The notes under the pieces are model-generated. The model did no database searches. It was not told where the DNA came from and was given only the letters and a program-made list of their open reading frames with translations. A stretch of 64,000 nucleotides of DNA. It comes from an uncultured Chloroflexia bacterium. Lineage in GTDB: Bacteria > Chloroflexota > Limnocylindria > Limnocylindrales > CSP1-4. Location: the NCBI GenBank assembly GCA_963831745.1, contig CAWHRD010000005.1, positions 20,341-84,340 of the forward strand, written 5' to 3'. Below are positions 21,058-29,665 of the stretch, piece after piece. The first letter of the stretch is position 1, and each line of letters starts with the position of its first letter. Made by a program: the position numbers and the translations under genes.

Positions 21058-21093
21058 GTGAGAAGCCTGACCGCGAACCGCTCGAACGGTCAA

Positions 21094-21189
21094 ACGCCCT
21101 CGCCCCAAGCCTCCCGGGACGACGCGCCCTCACCCCGGGGCGAGCCGCCCTCACCCTTGGGCAAGCCGCCCTCACCACGCGTGAGCCGC
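21094..21189. repeat. 20/21-nt tandem repeat, 3 good copies plus 1 degenerate copy
   Basis: Copies GCGCCCTCACCCCGGGGCGA, GCCGCCCTCACCCTTGGGCAA and GCCGCCCTCACCACGCGTGA span 21124-21184, preceded by a degenerate copy. The array fills most of the spacer between the TetR stop and the GH18 start. Confidence 0.7.
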
Positions 21190-21194
21190 TGGCC

Positions 21195-21839
21195 TTACCG
21201 CGCGGGGCGACATCCCAGCAGGCGCAGGGCCGCATCGCGCAGGCCGTCGGGCGGGATGGTCGGCGCGCTCCCGCCGGAGCCCAGGAGCAGGCCGTCGAAC
21301 AGGGCGCCGAACAGGGTCACGAGGTGATCGGGCTCCTCCGGGGCGATGGCGCCTTCCGATCGCGCCTCGGCGAGGACCCGGCGCACGTTCGCCCGGTTGC
21401 GTCGCTCGATCGCCGGCTGGTCGAAGCCGAGGGAGCCGACGAGCTCCCGCCCGCCGGGTCCGGCCAGGCCGGCGAGGATGACGAGTAGCTCGCGCTCCTC
21501 GTCGTGGAAGGCGATCATGCGATCGACGAGGATCTCCAGCTTGCGGCGCGCCGGCCCGTACTCGTCGGCCACGCCGGCGATCATCGCCTCGCGCGCGGCG
21601 AAGCCCTCGGCGAGGATCGCCCCGAGGACGGCTTCCTTCGAGTCGAAGTGCCAGTAGACGTTGCCGGCGCTCATGTGCGCTCGTCGCGCGACGTCTGCCA
21701 CGCGACAGGCGGCGAACCCGCGCTCGGCGAACAGCGACCGTGCCGCGGCAAGAACTCGCTCGCGACCGGCTGCCTTGGCGGCGCGGCGAGCCGTGCCCAC
21801 GGGGTGCGCGTGGAGACGTGCGGGTTCCTGAATCGTCAT
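21195..21839 (-). CDS. TetR/AcrR-family transcriptional regulator
   Basis: 214 aa. The HTH region RVLAAARSLFAERGFAACRVADVARRAHMSAGNVYWHFDSKEAV is canonical TetR_N. Confidence 0.9.
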   Translation of the reverse strand: MTIQEPARLHAHPVGTARRAAKAAGRERVLAAARSLFAERGFAACRVADVARRAHMSAGNVYWHFDSKEAVLGAILAEGFAAREAMIAGVADEYGPARRKLEILVDRMIAFHDEERELLVILAGLAGPGGRELVGSLGFDQPAIERRNRANVRRVLAEARSEGAIAPEEPDHLVTLFGALFDGLLLGSGGSAPTIPPDGLRDAALRLLGCRPAR

Positions 21840-21916
21840 TCAGGATGGATCCTATTCCTGAGCGCAGATTCAGTCAATGCGGCTCCGAGAGCTGGCTCCG
21901 CGGCAACCGCGCGCCG

Positions 21917-24586
21917 TCAGGGCAGGCGTCGCACCCAGACGGCGCCCGGCATGCCCCGACCGGCGTTCTCGTCCCACCCCGCGACGCCCAGGCCGACGGC
22001 GACCTCCAGCGTGTCCGACGCCGCGACGGCATACGGGCCGAAACCCGCGAACGCCGGATCCGTCGCCACGCACCGCCAGGCCCGGCCGTCGGTCGAGTCC
22101 CAGATGCCGCCGAGACAGCTCGAATCCCCGGACGGTCCCGCGGCCAGGAAGCCGGAGGGCGTCGCGGTCACGCTGAAGACCTGGCCGTTCGCGGGCGTCT
22201 CGACCGAGCCCTCGGACCACGTGGTGCCCGCGGTCGACCACCAGGCGCGCACACCTCGAGCGGCCTCGCCGGCGGAGATCCCCAGCACGGCGACGACGCC
22301 GTCGCGAGCCGCCACGCCGGTCGCCTGCGTCCCGAGCGCCGCCACGTCGCCGAACATCGGGTCGTCCGGGACGCGCGTCCAGGTCGACCCGTCGGGCGAC
22401 GTCCAGATCGCCGCGCGACCCGAGACCACGCCGGCCGCGACGAACTCGCCGTCCGTTCGGGCAACGGCCTCGATGCCCCCGCCCTCCAGCGGCGCCTGGT
22501 CGTCGAGCTTCGTCCACCGGGCACCGTCACTGGATGTCCAGACGTAGGCCCGGATCGGATCGAGCCCGCAGTTGAGCCGGCACGCGGGATCGCGGCGTCC
22601 CACCGCGAGCCAGCCGTCGTCCGTGGCGATCACGTCCGTGACCTCGATGTCGTCGGTCCCGAGGGCGGGCACGGGGAAGGCGTCGGCATGCTCAGTCCAC
22701 GCGAGCCCGTCGGAGGACGTCCAGCTCGCCGGCCGATCGTCGATGGTACCCACCGCCACGAGGCCCCCCGGTCCGGTGGCGAGCCGTCCCGGGGCGTCCG
22801 TCCCTCCGCCGCTCGCCTGCCGATGCCAGGTGAGCCCGTCCGGAGAATTGAGGAAGACGTGATCGCCGTCCAGCGCGCCGCCGACGGCGACGAAGCGGCT
22901 CCCCGTCCAGACCACGTCCTGGAGCTGCACGCCGCTCACCGCCTCCTGGGACGGGACCGGGGCCCAGGCTCCCGGCTCCGGCGATGCCGTCGGCACGGCC
23001 GCCGGAGCCTCCGGCGATCCCACGAGGGAGAACGCGCTGTAGCCGGCCGCCGAGTCGACCTCCGCGTAGCCGGCGATGACGACCCGAGTGCCGTTGGTGG
23101 CGAGGTCGACGTCGTGGAGCGCCGTCACGTCGGACGGTTGCGGGACGCCCTGGACCGCCGTCCATCCTTCGCCGTCCGCCGACGACCAGAGCGAGATCGC
23201 TTCGCCCTCGGTCGACAGCGCCAGGAAGCCCTCGCGGTACGCGATGACGCGGGAGAAGGACGGGACGCCCGCCGGCTCGACCACGCGCCAGTCGGCGCCG
23301 TCCCCGATGAGGACGGCCGGCTGGTCGCCGGGACCGGCGACCGCCACGAAGCGCGCTCCCGACGCGGCCGCCGCGGAGAACGCCGGGGAGCCTGCACCCG
23401 GCCGCGTGAGCGCGGGGACCGGGACGCTGGTCCACGTCTCGCCGTCCGTCGAGCCCACCGCGAACGGCCAGGCGGCCCATCGGTGTCGTTGACGCCGATC
23501 GCCTCGCAGCCGAGCCCCACGGCGAGCAGCACACCGTCCGGAGTTTGCGGTCACGTCGACCGGGCCGCATGCGCCCTGCCCGCCCGGGAGCGTGTGGTAC
23601 CCGCCGATGTCGAACGCGGCCGCGTCCGGCATCCGCCTCCAGGAGACGCCATCGGCCGAGAGCCAGACCGCAGCGCGCGGGGAATCCTCTTCGTACATCG
23701 TGCCGACGACGACATACGCGGACCCGCTCCACGTGACCGCCGCCAGGTGCGCGGCCGCCGTCCCAGGGAAGTCCGACCGTTCCCACGTCCTCGCATCCGG
23801 GGATCGCCACGCGCCGGCGACAATGGCGTCGCCATCCTCCACCCACCCGATGGCCACGAAGCCGGGCGGACCCCACGCCACGTCGATCATCCCGGGATTA
23901 GGCCCGTCCACGTAGATGGCGTTGCCGATCGAGAGGGCGGTGTTCTTCGTGGCCTGATCCCACGCGAGGCCGTCGGTCGAGCGCCAGGCACCGGCAGTGC
24001 CGCCCGATGGCGCCTGCATGTCTTCGAACTCACGGGCGCCGACCAGGGCGAACGTCGTCGGTCCGGCCGCGATCGCCACCGGGACCGCCATGCCCCCCTC
24101 GAACATCGGCGGGATCGCGCCGACCTGCCAGGCCGGCGCCGGGCTCGGCGCGGGCTCCGCGCTGGCGTCCGGCCCGGGGCTCACCGGCACCACGACCGCG
24201 GGAGCCGAGGGCGTCGGGACGACGACGGCGGGCAGCCGGTCGTGGAGCAGGAAGGCGCCGGCGGCGGCGAGCCCCAGGAGGGCCACCAGCAGGAGCGCGG
24301 TGGCGGCCACGAGGACCAGGGTCCGGCTGGCCGCCGGACGCCGGGCGGGCTGCCCCGCGATCGCCGCGGCGACCGCGGCGTCGAGCCGGGCCGAGGTGGC
24401 GAGCTCGGCCGGCCGGCGCAGGGCGGCCGCGTCGCCGCGCAGGCCGGCCACGCCGCGGGCGCAGGCCGGGCAGCCGGCGAGGTGGTCGGCGAGGAGGGCG
24501 TGCTCGGGCGGGGCGAGCCCGAAGTCGAGGGCCACCGCGGCGAGGGCCAGGACGCGCTCGTGGAGGCGCCGCTCGGTCGCGCTCAT
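21917..24586 (-). CDS. ZAS-type anti-sigma factor with one TM segment and a ~750-aa extracytoplasmic Asp-box (BNR-like) repeat domain
   Basis: Track ORF trimmed to the ATG at 24586, which overlaps the sigma-factor stop (ATGA). HLAGCPAC fits HxxxCxxC. TM segment LVLVAATALLLVALLGLAAAGAFLL. Eleven W/S-x-D-G-x-x-W repeats. One ~25-codon stretch looks out of frame (see findings). Confidence 0.75.
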   Translation of the reverse strand: MSATERRLHERVLALAAVALDFGLAPPEHALLADHLAGCPACARGVAGLRGDAAALRRPAELATSARLDAAVAAAIAGQPARRPAASRTLVLVAATALLLVALLGLAAAGAFLLHDRLPAVVVPTPSAPAVVVPVSPGPDASAEPAPSPAPAWQVGAIPPMFEGGMAVPVAIAAGPTTFALVGAREFEDMQAPSGGTAGAWRSTDGLAWDQATKNTALSIGNAIYVDGPNPGMIDVAWGPPGFVAIGWVEDGDAIVAGAWRSPDARTWERSDFPGTAAAHLAAVTWSGSAYVVVGTMYEEDSPRAAVWLSADGVSWRRMPDAAAFDIGGYHTLPGGQGACGPVDVTANSGRCAARRGARLRGDRRQRHRWAAWPFAVGSTDGETWTSVPVPALTRPGAGSPAFSAAAASGARFVAVAGPGDQPAVLIGDGADWRVVEPAGVPSFSRVIAYREGFLALSTEGEAISLWSSADGEGWTAVQGVPQPSDVTALHDVDLATNGTRVVIAGYAEVDSAAGYSAFSLVGSPEAPAAVPTASPEPGAWAPVPSQEAVSGVQLQDVVWTGSRFVAVGGALDGDHVFLNSPDGLTWHRQASGGGTDAPGRLATGPGGLVAVGTIDDRPASWTSSDGLAWTEHADAFPVPALGTDDIEVTDVIATDDGWLAVGRRDPACRLNCGLDPIRAYVWTSSDGARWTKLDDQAPLEGGGIEAVARTDGEFVAAGVVSGRAAIWTSPDGSTWTRVPDDPMFGDVAALGTQATGVAARDGVVAVLGISAGEAARGVRAWWSTAGTTWSEGSVETPANGQVFSVTATPSGFLAAGPSGDSSCLGGIWDSTDGRAWRCVATDPAFAGFGPYAVAASDTLEVAVGLGVAGWDENAGRGMPGAVWVRRLP

Positions 24587-25158
24587 GGCCGCACCTCCGT
24601 CGCCTCGAGGATCTCCCGCAGCTCGAGCCGCGCGCGGCACAGCAGGGTGCGGGTGGCGCCCTCGCTGCGTCCGAGGAGCGCCGCCACCTCGGCGCCAGAA
24701 AAGCCGCGGGCGGCGAGCAGGAGGGCGGCCCGCCGGTCGGCGCCCAGGCGTCCCAGGGCGGCGTGGAGCGCGGCGTCGCGCTCGACCCGCAGGGCCGCCC
24801 CCTCGGGGGGCTCGGGCTCGGAGCGCTCGAAGAGGCGCGGCAGGAGGCGCGCCAGGCTGGCCCCCCGGCGGCCCCGGTCGATCGCCGCGTTGGCCGCCGT
24901 CCGGTACAGCCAGGGCCGGACCTGCCCGGGCATGCGGCCCGCGCGGGCCTCCCGGACGAGGCGCAGGAACGTCTCCTGCAGGAGGTCCTCGGCGACCGAT
25001 CCGTCGCGGGTCATCCCGACGAGAAAGGCGAGGAGCTCGCCGCGGCGCTCGGCGTAGATCGCCCCGAGCTCGGCCTCGTCGGCGCACCCCGCGACCCGGG
25101 CCCGCTCGAGGGCGGGCGACGGCTCGTCGGGGGCGATCGGCGCCGATGCGCTGTCCAT
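24583..25158 (-). CDS. ECF (group IV) RNA polymerase sigma factor
   Basis: Trimmed to ATG (MDSASAP...). Region 2 is LLQETFLRLV...WLYRTAANAAID. Region 4 is LLLAARGFSGAEVAALLGRSEGATRTLLCRAR. Confidence 0.9.
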   Translation of the reverse strand: MDSASAPIAPDEPSPALERARVAGCADEAELGAIYAERRGELLAFLVGMTRDGSVAEDLLQETFLRLVREARAGRMPGQVRPWLYRTAANAAIDRGRRGASLARLLPRLFERSEPEPPEGAALRVERDAALHAALGRLGADRRAALLLAARGFSGAEVAALLGRSEGATRTLLCRARLELREILEATEVRP

Positions 25159-25345
25159 GCCGATGAAACGGATGACGGCCCAGGATGTTGCGCGCCCCGG
25201 GGCCGGGGCGTGCCATCTCCCTGCGAGTCTTGGCCGCCGGCGCCCCGCGGTCGAGGGCCGAACGGCCGGGTGCGCCGGGGCGCCGGGGGCGGGCGGGGGG
25301 AAGCCCGGCACCCCGGCGGTCCGCCGCCCGACCGTTCCGGTGCCG

Positions 25346-26829
25346 CCGTTGCGTTCAACTCCACACCCCGCACGCCTGGCCCGGTGTGCTGCACGCAACC
25401 GAACGTCGGACGCATCTATGAAGGAGCGGGTCGGGTCAAGGTGGCGGGCGGGGATTTATTCTCTTTCTCCTCGTTCGTCGGTCGGTCGTGCGGGGGCCGC
25501 TGGCACCAGGGTCGACCGGACGCTGCCGGTCAGTCATCTATTCGAGGGCGGTCCTCATGGTGGGCATGCGGCCGGGAGGCGGCTCAATCAAGGAGGCGGC
25601 CGTCGGGTGAGGCCATGACATGACAGCGAGCGCGCCGGGACCGGCCGGCGCGACGGACGGGGGAGCGCGCGGGTACGTCCCGGCAGCCCCGCTCGTCGCG
25701 GAGGGCATAGAAGGCGAGGATGAGGAGCCGGCGGGCGAGGGCGACCCGCGCGATCTTGGTCCCGCGGCGTCCCGCGATCGGGTCGGCGAAGCGGTGGAGC
25801 TGGGCCGACCGGGAGGACCCGATCTTGGTGGCGGCCTCGACCATCGCCCAGCGCAGCCAGCGGCTGCCCTGCTTGCTGATGTGGCCGCGCCGGACGTGGT
25901 CGGCCGAACTGCGCTCGGTGGGGGTCAGCCCGGCCCACGACGCGAGGTGGTCGGCGGAGGGGAAGCGGGTCACGTCGCCCACCTCGGCGATGATCGTGGC
26001 CGCGTTCAGGATCCCGATCCCCGGGATCGGCAGCAGCCGGCGCACCCGGTCGTCGCCCCGGAAGGCCCGGACGATCTCGCGGTCGGCCGCGATGATCTCG
26101 CGGGCGAGGTCGTCGATCGAGCCGCAGGCAGGCGGCCAGGCGCGCCGCGATGACCGGCGGCAGCTCGAGGGTCGCGAGCTGCTCGCGGCCCTGCCGGCCG
26201 AACAGGTCGCTCACCGGGACCGGGACCCCCGCGTCCGCGCAGAGCGCGTGGACCTGGCACTTGAGCCGGGAGCGGATCCGGACGAGCGAGGCCCGCATCC
26301 GGACGAGCCGGCGGAGCTCGCGGACCTCGGGCGGCGCGATCCAGGCCTCGGGCAGCAGGTTCGTGCGCAGGAGGTGGGCGAGGGTCGCGCGCGTCGACCG
26401 CGTCGTTCTTGACCCGCCCCGCGCCGATCGCCTTGGTCGCGAGGGGATGGGCCATGTGGGCCTCGATCCCGGCGTCGGCGAGGAGGTCGGCGAACCAGCC
26501 CCAGCCGTACGTCGCCTCGAAGGCGACCGAGACCGGCTCGGGCTCGAGCTCGCCGAAGACCCGCCGGAACGCGTCCGGGCTGTGCTCGAAGCGTCGCGAG
26601 AGGATCGTGTCGCCGGCCTCGTCGAGGGCCACCACGTGGCTGACCTTGCGGTGCAGGTCCACTCCGAGGTACACCATTGCCTGGGCCTCCCTTCTGATCG
26701 CTTGCGTCTGGCAGATCCTCATCAGGATCGCGCCATAAGCATCGGAGCGGAGGCCCGCTCCTTCATGGCATCAAGGAACCGGCACGCCGGACGGCCGGCA
26801 GCGCCGGATGTTGGTGCAACGCAAACCGG
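25346..26829 (-). mobile_element. IS110-family insertion sequence (ends approximate)
   Basis: Contains a DEDD-type IS110 transposase gene. Candidate imperfect terminal inverted motifs are CCGTTGCGTT (25346-25355) and the reverse complement of CAACGCAAACCGG (26817-26829). The ~1.48 kb length is in the usual IS110 range. Both flanks are locally less GC-rich. Confidence 0.5.
25584..26677 (-). pseudogene. IS110-family (DEDD) transposase, two frameshifts
   Basis: Three successive frames encode the protein: MVYLGVDLHRKV...KNDAVDAR, then TLAHLLRTNLLPEAWIAPPEVRELRRLVRMRASLVRIRSRLK...CLRL, then IDDLAREIIAADREIV...LLPIPGIGILNAATIIAEVGDVTRF...KQGSRWLRWAMVEAA. The shifts are near 26386-26393 (a CG repeat) and 26118. 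Length is 3n+2. GGGAGG lies upstream of the ATG. Confidence 0.85.
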
Positions 26830-26846
26830 GACCGGCACCCGGGGCG

Positions 26847-26894
26847 GGCGGGTCGGGTGACCCCGGGGGCGGCGGGTCGGGTGACCCCGGCGAC
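26847..26894. repeat. 24-nt tandem duplication just outside the IS
   Basis: GGCGGGTCGGGTGACCCCGG occurs at 26847-26866 and again at 26871-26890. Confidence 0.6.
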
Positions 26895-26982
26895 CCCAGG
26901 CCGGGTGGCGTGCCCGGCCGGGTGCCGACGGGTCCGCCGACCCAACCGCCACCCGGGCCGGGACTCCGGCCGCTCGGGCCGG

Positions 26983-28440
26983 CTAGAAGGTGACTCGCTC
27001 GAGGATCTTCACGAGGTAGCGGGAGCGCATCTGCTCGGTCGCCAGGATCTGCTTCGTCGGCGGCAGGCGCAGGATGACGCCGAGGATGGCCGCCATCGCC
27101 CGGTGGCTGAACAGCGCCCGGTTGTCGAAGATGCAGTCCTGGAGCCGGCCGCGCTCGATCGCCATCAGCACCGTGCGATGGAGCGTGTCCACCGGCGTGA
27201 CGACGCGTGCGGCGCGGGCCTCGAGCCAGAGCCCATTCGTCGGGCAGACCCGGGTGCACACGCCGCAGCCCAGGCAGGTCCCGGCGTCGAGCGCCGCCCG
27301 GCGCTTATGGGGCTTGGTGGGATCGTTCGCAGAGACGAGCGTCATCGCCTCGACCGGGCAGGCGTCGACGCACTTGCCGCAGCCGTTGCAGAGCTCGTCC
27401 GCGACGTGCGGCGAGAAGTTCGTGGTGTGCACGGGATCGAGCATCCCGAAGCGGCGGGCCGCGATCATCGCCTCGCAGCAGCAGCCGCAGCAATTGCAGA
27501 TGAAGTTGACCGAGCGCTGCACGTTCTCGCCGAACTGGACCAGGTTGTGGCCGTACGCCTCCTGGAGCAGGTTCGTTCCCTCGACCCGGTCGACCCGCCG
27601 GGCGTAGCCGTGGCGGATCAGCGCGTCGGCCGTGCCCCCGAAGGTCATGCAGATCCCAAGGGGAGCCGCGCAGGCGCGCCCGAGGTGTTGCATCTTGTGG
27701 CGGCAGTAGCAGGTGCCGACGCCCATGTGCTCGGCCGTGCCGATCACCTCGCTGGCACGCTCGTAGTCGAGGACATGGAGCCCGCCGTCCCGAACGTCGG
27801 CGCGCGGCGCCGGGCGGGACCCCTCGGTCGGGCGAGGCGCCCACGGGCCGGGTGCCGTCGGGTCAGGCGCCGTCGGGCGAGACGCGGCAGGGCCAGGCGC
27901 CGTCGGCCCACGGCCCGCCACCGTGCTGGCGCGCTTCGATCGCGCGGCCGAGCCTCGTTCCGCGCTCTCCGCCAGCGCCGGCTCGTTCACGAAGACGCGC
28001 CCGAGCTGGGTCTGGCCGTGGGTGAAGAGGTTGAGGATGAAGTCGTCCTCGACGGTGAGGTACTGGTAGAAGAGCTCGCTCAGCAGCTTCTGGTCGACGT
28101 CGTCGCGGACCCGCATCATCGAGAACTCGAAGAATCCGGCCATCGGCGGCGGCAGGATGTAGATGGGCCCGTCCGGGCCCTCCATGTCGAGCAGCACCGC
28201 GCGCGAGGCCAGCCCGTCGAGAACGCGGTGCGCCTCGGCCTCGCTCGTCTTCCAGATTCGGGCGGCGGCGGCCACCGTCACCGGCTTGATCGGAAGCCGG
28301 GCGACGAGCTCCGCCTCGCGCTCGCTGAAGAGCAGGGCGAGGATCCGGAAGAGGATGCCGGACGGGGGAGCTCCCTGGGGGAAGCGGTTCAGCCGGTTGG
28401 CGAGGTGCCCGTAGGCGCCCCGGGTCGTGACGTGGGCCAT
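26983..28440 (-). CDS. 4Fe-4S dicluster domain protein with a Cys-dense CNCCGCCC motif
   Basis: Track ORF trimmed to ATG (MAHVTTRGAYGHLANRLNRFPQG...). Motifs CYCRHK, FICNCCGCCCE, CNGCGKCVDACP and CLGCGVCTRVCP. Has an internal Pro/Ala-rich insert encoded by short DNA repeats (27851-27906). Confidence 0.7.
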   Translation of the reverse strand: MAHVTTRGAYGHLANRLNRFPQGAPPSGILFRILALLFSEREAELVARLPIKPVTVAAAARIWKTSEAEAHRVLDGLASRAVLLDMEGPDGPIYILPPPMAGFFEFSMMRVRDDVDQKLLSELFYQYLTVEDDFILNLFTHGQTQLGRVFVNEPALAESAERGSAARSKRASTVAGRGPTAPGPAASRPTAPDPTAPGPWAPRPTEGSRPAPRADVRDGGLHVLDYERASEVIGTAEHMGVGTCYCRHKMQHLGRACAAPLGICMTFGGTADALIRHGYARRVDRVEGTNLLQEAYGHNLVQFGENVQRSVNFICNCCGCCCEAMIAARRFGMLDPVHTTNFSPHVADELCNGCGKCVDACPVEAMTLVSANDPTKPHKRRAALDAGTCLGCGVCTRVCPTNGLWLEARAARVVTPVDTLHRTVLMAIERGRLQDCIFDNRALFSHRAMAAILGVILRLPPTKQILATEQMRSRYLVKILERVTF

Positions 28441-28620
28441 GCCATTCCTCGTCGGCTCCGCGGCCGCGGCCACGCCGCCCACGCCGGGCGGCGCGACCAC
28501 CCTCGCCGCCACACGAGGTGCTGGCAAGGGCGATTCCGCCAGCGTTCGCCCGTGCCGTCGGTCACCATCGGTGGTTGCATCGGTCCGGTACGTTTGGACC
28601 TTGGGGGAACGCGGCCGCGG

Positions 28621-28692
28621 CGCCATGCTGGCGTCGGGCAGGTGCGCCATGCTTGCGGCCGGCAGGTGCGCCATGCTGGTGGCGGCGGATGG
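28621..28692. repeat. 24-nt x3 tandem repeat in a divergent spacer
   Basis: CGCCATGCTGGCGTCGGGCAGGTG, CGCCATGCTTGCGGCCGGCAGGTG, CGCCATGCTGGTGGCGGCGGATGG. Confidence 0.7.
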
Positions 28693-28759
28693 GCCGTGCG
28701 GCGGCTCGCAGGCGCGCCGCGGACACGGGCCACGCGGGCCGTCGAGCAAGGCGCTGGGG

Positions 28760-29665
28760 GTGGTGATCACGAAGGACACGGGTCGTTGGGTGGGGGGGCT
28801 GCTTCGCCGCGAGGCCGCGGGCCTGGTGGCGGCCGTGGTCGTCCTGGTCCTCGTGCTCGCGTTCCGGGTGCCGTCGCAGCACGCCTGGCCGACGGGCCAG
28901 GAAGCGTACTGCTACTGGTTCCCGGGCCTCGCCGACCCCTACGCCCGGTCGAACTGGACCCAGCCGATCGCCTACGTCTACTCCCCGGCCTTTCTGCAGG
29001 CGATCGCCCCGCTGAAGGCGCTTCCGTGGGAGGCGTTCCTCGCCGCCTGGACCATGATCCTGCTGCTCGCCGTCCGCTACCTGGCCGGGGCACGCCTGTG
29101 GGCGGTCGCGATCGCCTTCGCCGTCCTCGAGGTGCTGGGCGGAAACATCCACCTGCTGCTCGCGGTCGCGATCGTGGCCGGGTTCCGGTGGCCCGCCGCG
29201 TGGTCGTTCGTGCTCCTGACGAAGGTGACGCCCGGCGTCGGCCTGCTCTGGTTCGCCGTGCGGCGGGAGTGGCGCAACCTCGGGATCGCGCTCGGGGCGA
29301 CCGCGGCGCTCGTGCTGGTGTCGTGGGCGGTCGCGCCGGCGGCGTGGGCCGACTGGCTGGACGTGCTCGCGGCGAGCACGACGAAGACCGTCGGCACCTG
29401 GGCGGCGATCCCGATCCCGGTCTGGCTGCGCCTCCCGTTCGCTGCCGCGGTGGTCATCTGGGGTGCCCGGACCGATCGCGCGTGGACCGTCCCGGTGGCC
29501 GCGATGCTGGCTCTGCCCGCCCTGTGGTTCGGTGGCGCCTCGATGCTCCTGGCAGCGGTGGCGCTGGCCAGCGGGCGCGTCCGCGGCGCGGCGCCGCCGC
29601 CCGCGGGCCCGGGTCGCTTCGGCTTCCCGTGGCGACCGCGTCGCCCGGCGTTCCGGACGGCCTGA
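28760..29665 (+). CDS. Polytopic membrane protein, GT87/DUF2029-like glycosyltransferase (start uncertain)
   Basis: The hydrophobic core starts after the GTG at 28760/28763. YVYSPAFLQAIAPL, GGNIHLLLA and LTKVTPG resemble GT87 signatures. The upstream part of the track ORF is the repeat region. Confidence 0.55.
   Translation: MVITKDTGRWVGGLLRREAAGLVAAVVVLVLVLAFRVPSQHAWPTGQEAYCYWFPGLADPYARSNWTQPIAYVYSPAFLQAIAPLKALPWEAFLAAWTMILLLAVRYLAGARLWAVAIAFAVLEVLGGNIHLLLAVAIVAGFRWPAAWSFVLLTKVTPGVGLLWFAVRREWRNLGIALGATAALVLVSWAVAPAAWADWLDVLAASTTKTVGTWAAIPIPVWLRLPFAAAVVIWGARTDRAWTVPVAAMLALPALWFGGASMLLAAVALASGRVRGAAPPPAGPGRFGFPWRPRRPAFRTA

Noticed and set aside
25584-26677. Programmed ribosomal frameshifting in the IS transposase.
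   Set aside because: IS110-family DEDD transposases are normally single ORFs. Two separate shifts would be required, and neither site has a slippery heptamer plus a downstream structure. Decay or sequencing error is more parsimonious.
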